A DNA stretch of 64,000 nucleotides. Source: Mobula hypostoma (Eukaryota). The notes beneath the pieces were generated by a model. That model was not told where the DNA came from. It did not search any database and saw only the letters and a program-made list of their open reading frames with translations. The stretch is from assembly GCF_963921235.1 (NCBI RefSeq), contig NC_086108.1, positions 75,890,001-75,954,000 of the forward strand, in the 5' to 3' direction. The first letter of the stretch is position 1, and each line of letters begins with the position of its first letter. Shown piece after piece: positions 60,578-64,000 of the stretch. The position numbers were made by a program, and so were the translations under genes.

Positions 60578-62825
60578 TAAGACCATAAGATATAGGAGCA
60601 GAATTAGGCCATTTGGCTCATCAAGTCTGCTTTGCCATTTCATCATGGCTGATCCAATTTTCCTCTCAGCCCCAATTTCCTGCCTTCTCCCCATAACCCT
60701 TCATGCACTGACTAATCAAGAACCTATCAACCTTTGCCTTAAATTTACCCATGAGTTGGCCATCTGTGGCAACAAATTTCACACTCACCACTCTCTGGCT
60801 AAATAAATTCCTCCATGTTTTAAATGGACATTCCTCTATTCTGAGGTCCCCTATGATAAGAAACAACCTCTCCACACCCACTCTTGAGGCCTTTCACCAT
60901 AGGTTTCAATGAGATCGTCCCCTCATTCTTCTGAATTCCAGTGAGTACAGACCCAGAGCCATCAAACACTCTTCATATACTAATCCTTTCATTCCCGGAA
61001 TCATTCTTGTGAACCTCTTCTTTCATGTCAGCAGGCTGTTTCTTAGTTAAGGGAGCCCAAACTACTCTCAATGCTCCAAATGAGGCCTCACCAGTGCCTT
61101 TTAAACCCTCAACACTACATCCTTGTTTTTATATTCTAGTCCTCTCAAAATGAATGCAAACATTGCATTTGCCTTCCTCACTACTGATTCAACCTGCAAA
61201 TTAACTGTTAGGGAATCTGCATGAGGACTTCCAAATCCCTTTGCACCTCAGATTTAAGAATTTTCCCTCCATTTAGAAAATAGTTTACACTTTTATTTCT
61301 TCTACCTAAGGAAATAACCATACACTTTCCATTACTGTATTCCATCTGCCACTTCTTTCCCACTTTCCAAATCTGTCCAAGTCCTTCTGCAGCCTCCCTG
61401 CTTCCTCAACACTACCTGCTCCTCCACCTGTCTTTGTATCAACATAAACTTGGCCAAAAAGCCATCAATTCTGCCATCCAAATTATTGACACTTATAACG
61501 CGATAAGAAATGGTCACCATACCAACTCCTGCAGAACACCACAGGTCACCAACAGCCAACTAGACTAGGCCCCCTTTATTCCCACTTTTTGCCTCCTGCC
61601 AGTCAGCCAATCTTCTATCCATGCTAATATCTTTCCTATTAGAGATTAAGGTAGCTAGGGCTTTACTCTCCAGAGAGAATGATAGAGGTATACAAGATAT
61701 TAAGAGGAATAGATAGAGTGGACAGCCAGCACTTCTTCCCCATGGCACCACTGCTCAGTACAAGAGGACATGGCTTTAAGGGGTGGGAAGTTCAAGGGGG
61801 ATATTAGAGGAAGGTTTTTTACTCAGAGAGTGGTTGGTGCGTGGAATGCACTGCCCAAGTCAGTGGTGGAGGCAGATACACTAGTGAAATTTGAGAGACT
61901 GCTAGACAGGTATATGGAGAATTTAAGGTGGGGGGCAGTATATGGGAGGTAGGGTTTAAGGATCGGCACAACATTGTGGGCCGAAAGGCCTGTACTGTGC
62001 TGTACTATTCTATGTTCTATACCACAGGCTCTTATCTTGTTCAGCAGCCTCTGAAAATCCGAATACACAACATCCACCAATTCTCCTCTGTCTATCCTGC
62101 TTGTTATTTCTTAAAAGAATTCCAACAGATTTGTCAGGTAAGATTTCCAATTGAGGAAAGCATGCTGACTTCGGCCTATTTTATCATGTGCCTCCAAGTA
62201 CCCCAAAGCCACAACCTCAACAATTAACTTCAACATCTTCCCAACCACTGAGTCAGACTAACTGGCTTATAATTTCTTTTCTTCTGCCTCACTCTCTTCT
62301 TGAAGAGTGGAGTGATATTACAATTCACCAGACCTCCAAAATCATTTCAGAATCTAGTGATTCTTGAAAGATCATTACTAATGCTTCCACAATCTCTTCA
62401 GCCACCTCTTTCAGAACCTTGGGGTGCAGACCATCTGAACCAGGTGACTTATCTACCTTCAGACGTTGCACTTTTTCATTGATAATGGCAACTTCAGTCA
62501 CTTCTGCCTTCTGACACTATTGAATTTCTGGCACATTTCTAGTGTCTTCCAGAGAAGACTGTTGCAAAATACTTATTCAGTTCATTTGCCATTTCTTTGT
62601 CCCTCATTAGTACTTCTCCAGCATCATTTTCCAGCAGTCCGATGTCTACTTTCACCTCTGTTTATGCATTGAAGAAACTTTTGGTATCTTCTTTAACATT
62701 ATTGGCTAGCTTACCTTTGCATGCCATCTTTTCCCTCTGATTTTGGTTGCCTTCTGTTGCTTTTTAAAAGCTTCCCAATCCTCTAACCCTGCTAATTGTG
62801 CTCTACTATATGCCCTCTCTTTGTA
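60578..62825 (-). mobile_element. CR1 LINE 3' half, with a sense CR1 3' end nested at ~61650-62020
   Basis: TAAGACCATAAGATATAGG tail complement and RT remnants on the minus strand; nested copy reads RGRFFTQRVVGAWNALP with a TTCTATG tail. Confidence 0.85.
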
Positions 62826-62829
62826 TCAG

Positions 62830-63640
62830 TATTACAGTGGAGTAAAGGGAATTTGAGGCATGAGAGAGGAGCTGGCCAAGTTGATTGAAAGGAATTCTAG
62901 CAGGAATGATGGCAGAGCAGCAAATGCACAGGTTAGATACACCCCAAATATAAAGTATTCTAAATGGAGGATGTGGCAACCATGGCTAACAAGGGAAGTG
63001 AAGGCTAGCATAAAAGCAAAACAGAGGGCATAAACTGTAAAATAGAGAAAAGATGAAATATGAGGAAGTTGGCCCATAATACAAAAGAGGATACCAAATG
63101 TTTTTTTCCAGATATATAAAGAGTAAAGGAGAAGCGAGACTGGATACTGGACCTCTAGAAAATGACACTGGAGAAATGAGGAGAGGTGCTTGGGAAGCTG
63201 AAAGGTCTAAGCCAGTAAGTCACCTGGACCAGAGGGTAGCTGAAAAAATTGTGGAAGCATTAGTAATGATCTTTTAAGAATCACTAGATTATGGAATGGT
63301 GCCAGGTGAATGGAAAATTGCAAATATCATTCCACACTTTAAGAAGGGAGAGAGGCAGGCAGAAGAAAGAAAAACATTGGCCAGTTAGCCTGACTTAAAT
63401 GTTGGGATGATACTTGAGTCCATTATTAAGGATGAGCTTTTGGGGTACTTGGAGGTGCATGATAGGATAGGCCAAATTCAGCACGGTTTCCTTAAGAAGA
63501 AGTCTTGCCTGACTAACCTGTTGGAATTATTTGAGGAAATAACAGGCAGGGTAGACAAGGAGAGTCATTGGATGTTGTTTATTTGGATTTTTCAGAAGGC
63601 CTCTGACAAGGTCCCACACGTGAGGCTCCTTAACAAGATA
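62830..63640 (+). mobile_element. CR1 ORF2 fragment, back-to-back with the preceding copy
   Basis: WKIANIIPHFKKG, QHGFLKKKSCLTNLLELFEE, FQKASDKVPH. Confidence 0.85.
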
Positions 63641-63644
63641 GTGG

Positions 63645-64000
63645 CAGAATGAACATTTGGCCCATCATCTGCTCCACCATTTCATTATGACTGATCCAGA
63701 TCCCCTCCATTTTCCAGTTCCCAAATATCCTGCCTTTTTCCCCATGTCCCTGCAGGCCTGGAATAATCAAGACTCTAGCAACCCCTGCCTCAAACATATC
63801 CAATGTCTTGGCCTCCACAGTTGCCTGTAGAAATGAATTCCACAGATTCACCACTCCCTGGCTAAAGAAGTTTCTCCTCATCTCCATTATAAATGAATGT
63901 CCCTCCGTTCTGAAGCTGTGTCCTCTGGTTTTAGACTCTTCCACCATAGGAAACATCCTCTCTATATCGACTCTATCGAGGCCTTTCACACTTTATAGAT
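63645..64000 (-). mobile_element. CR1 3' end fragment
   Basis: KGLDRVDIERMFPM..RRNFFSQGVVNLWNS. Confidence 0.85.

Overview
This is eukaryotic, repeat-dense vertebrate genomic DNA. The repeat complement (CR1 LINEs with HE1/V-SINE-like SINEs sharing their tail, Rex1/Babar, Penelope-like elements) suggests a cartilaginous fish such as a ray or shark; that assignment is inference. Two convergent host genes are visible. (1) On the + strand, four phase-compatible GT-AG exons (32359-32949, 37279-37542, 42590-42753, 45369-45416) encode most of a type I membrane sialomucin-like protein: a Ser/Thr-rich ectodomain, one TM helix and a short tail ending EFRRLHELPMDDMMEEDTPLSLYSY*. Its signal-peptide exon was not found. 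(2) On the - strand there is a terminal coding exon (57807-57943) of an unidentified gene. Almost everything else is decayed transposons, often nested: a Tc1 with long TIRs, a Gypsy LTR element lacking integrase, many CR1, Rex1/Babar, L2 and RTE fragments, two HERO-type RLE LINE fragments, pogo-like MITEs, SINEs and Penelope-like elements. The most interesting non-coding signals are minimal hammerhead ribozyme motifs in the Penelope-like termini (best copy 39628-39665, - strand) and a candidate HDV-like ribozyme at the 5' end of an RTE-type non-autonomous element (30410-30536). Most short ORFs in the supplied track are TE remnants or noise. No prokaryote-type system or CRISPR array is present.
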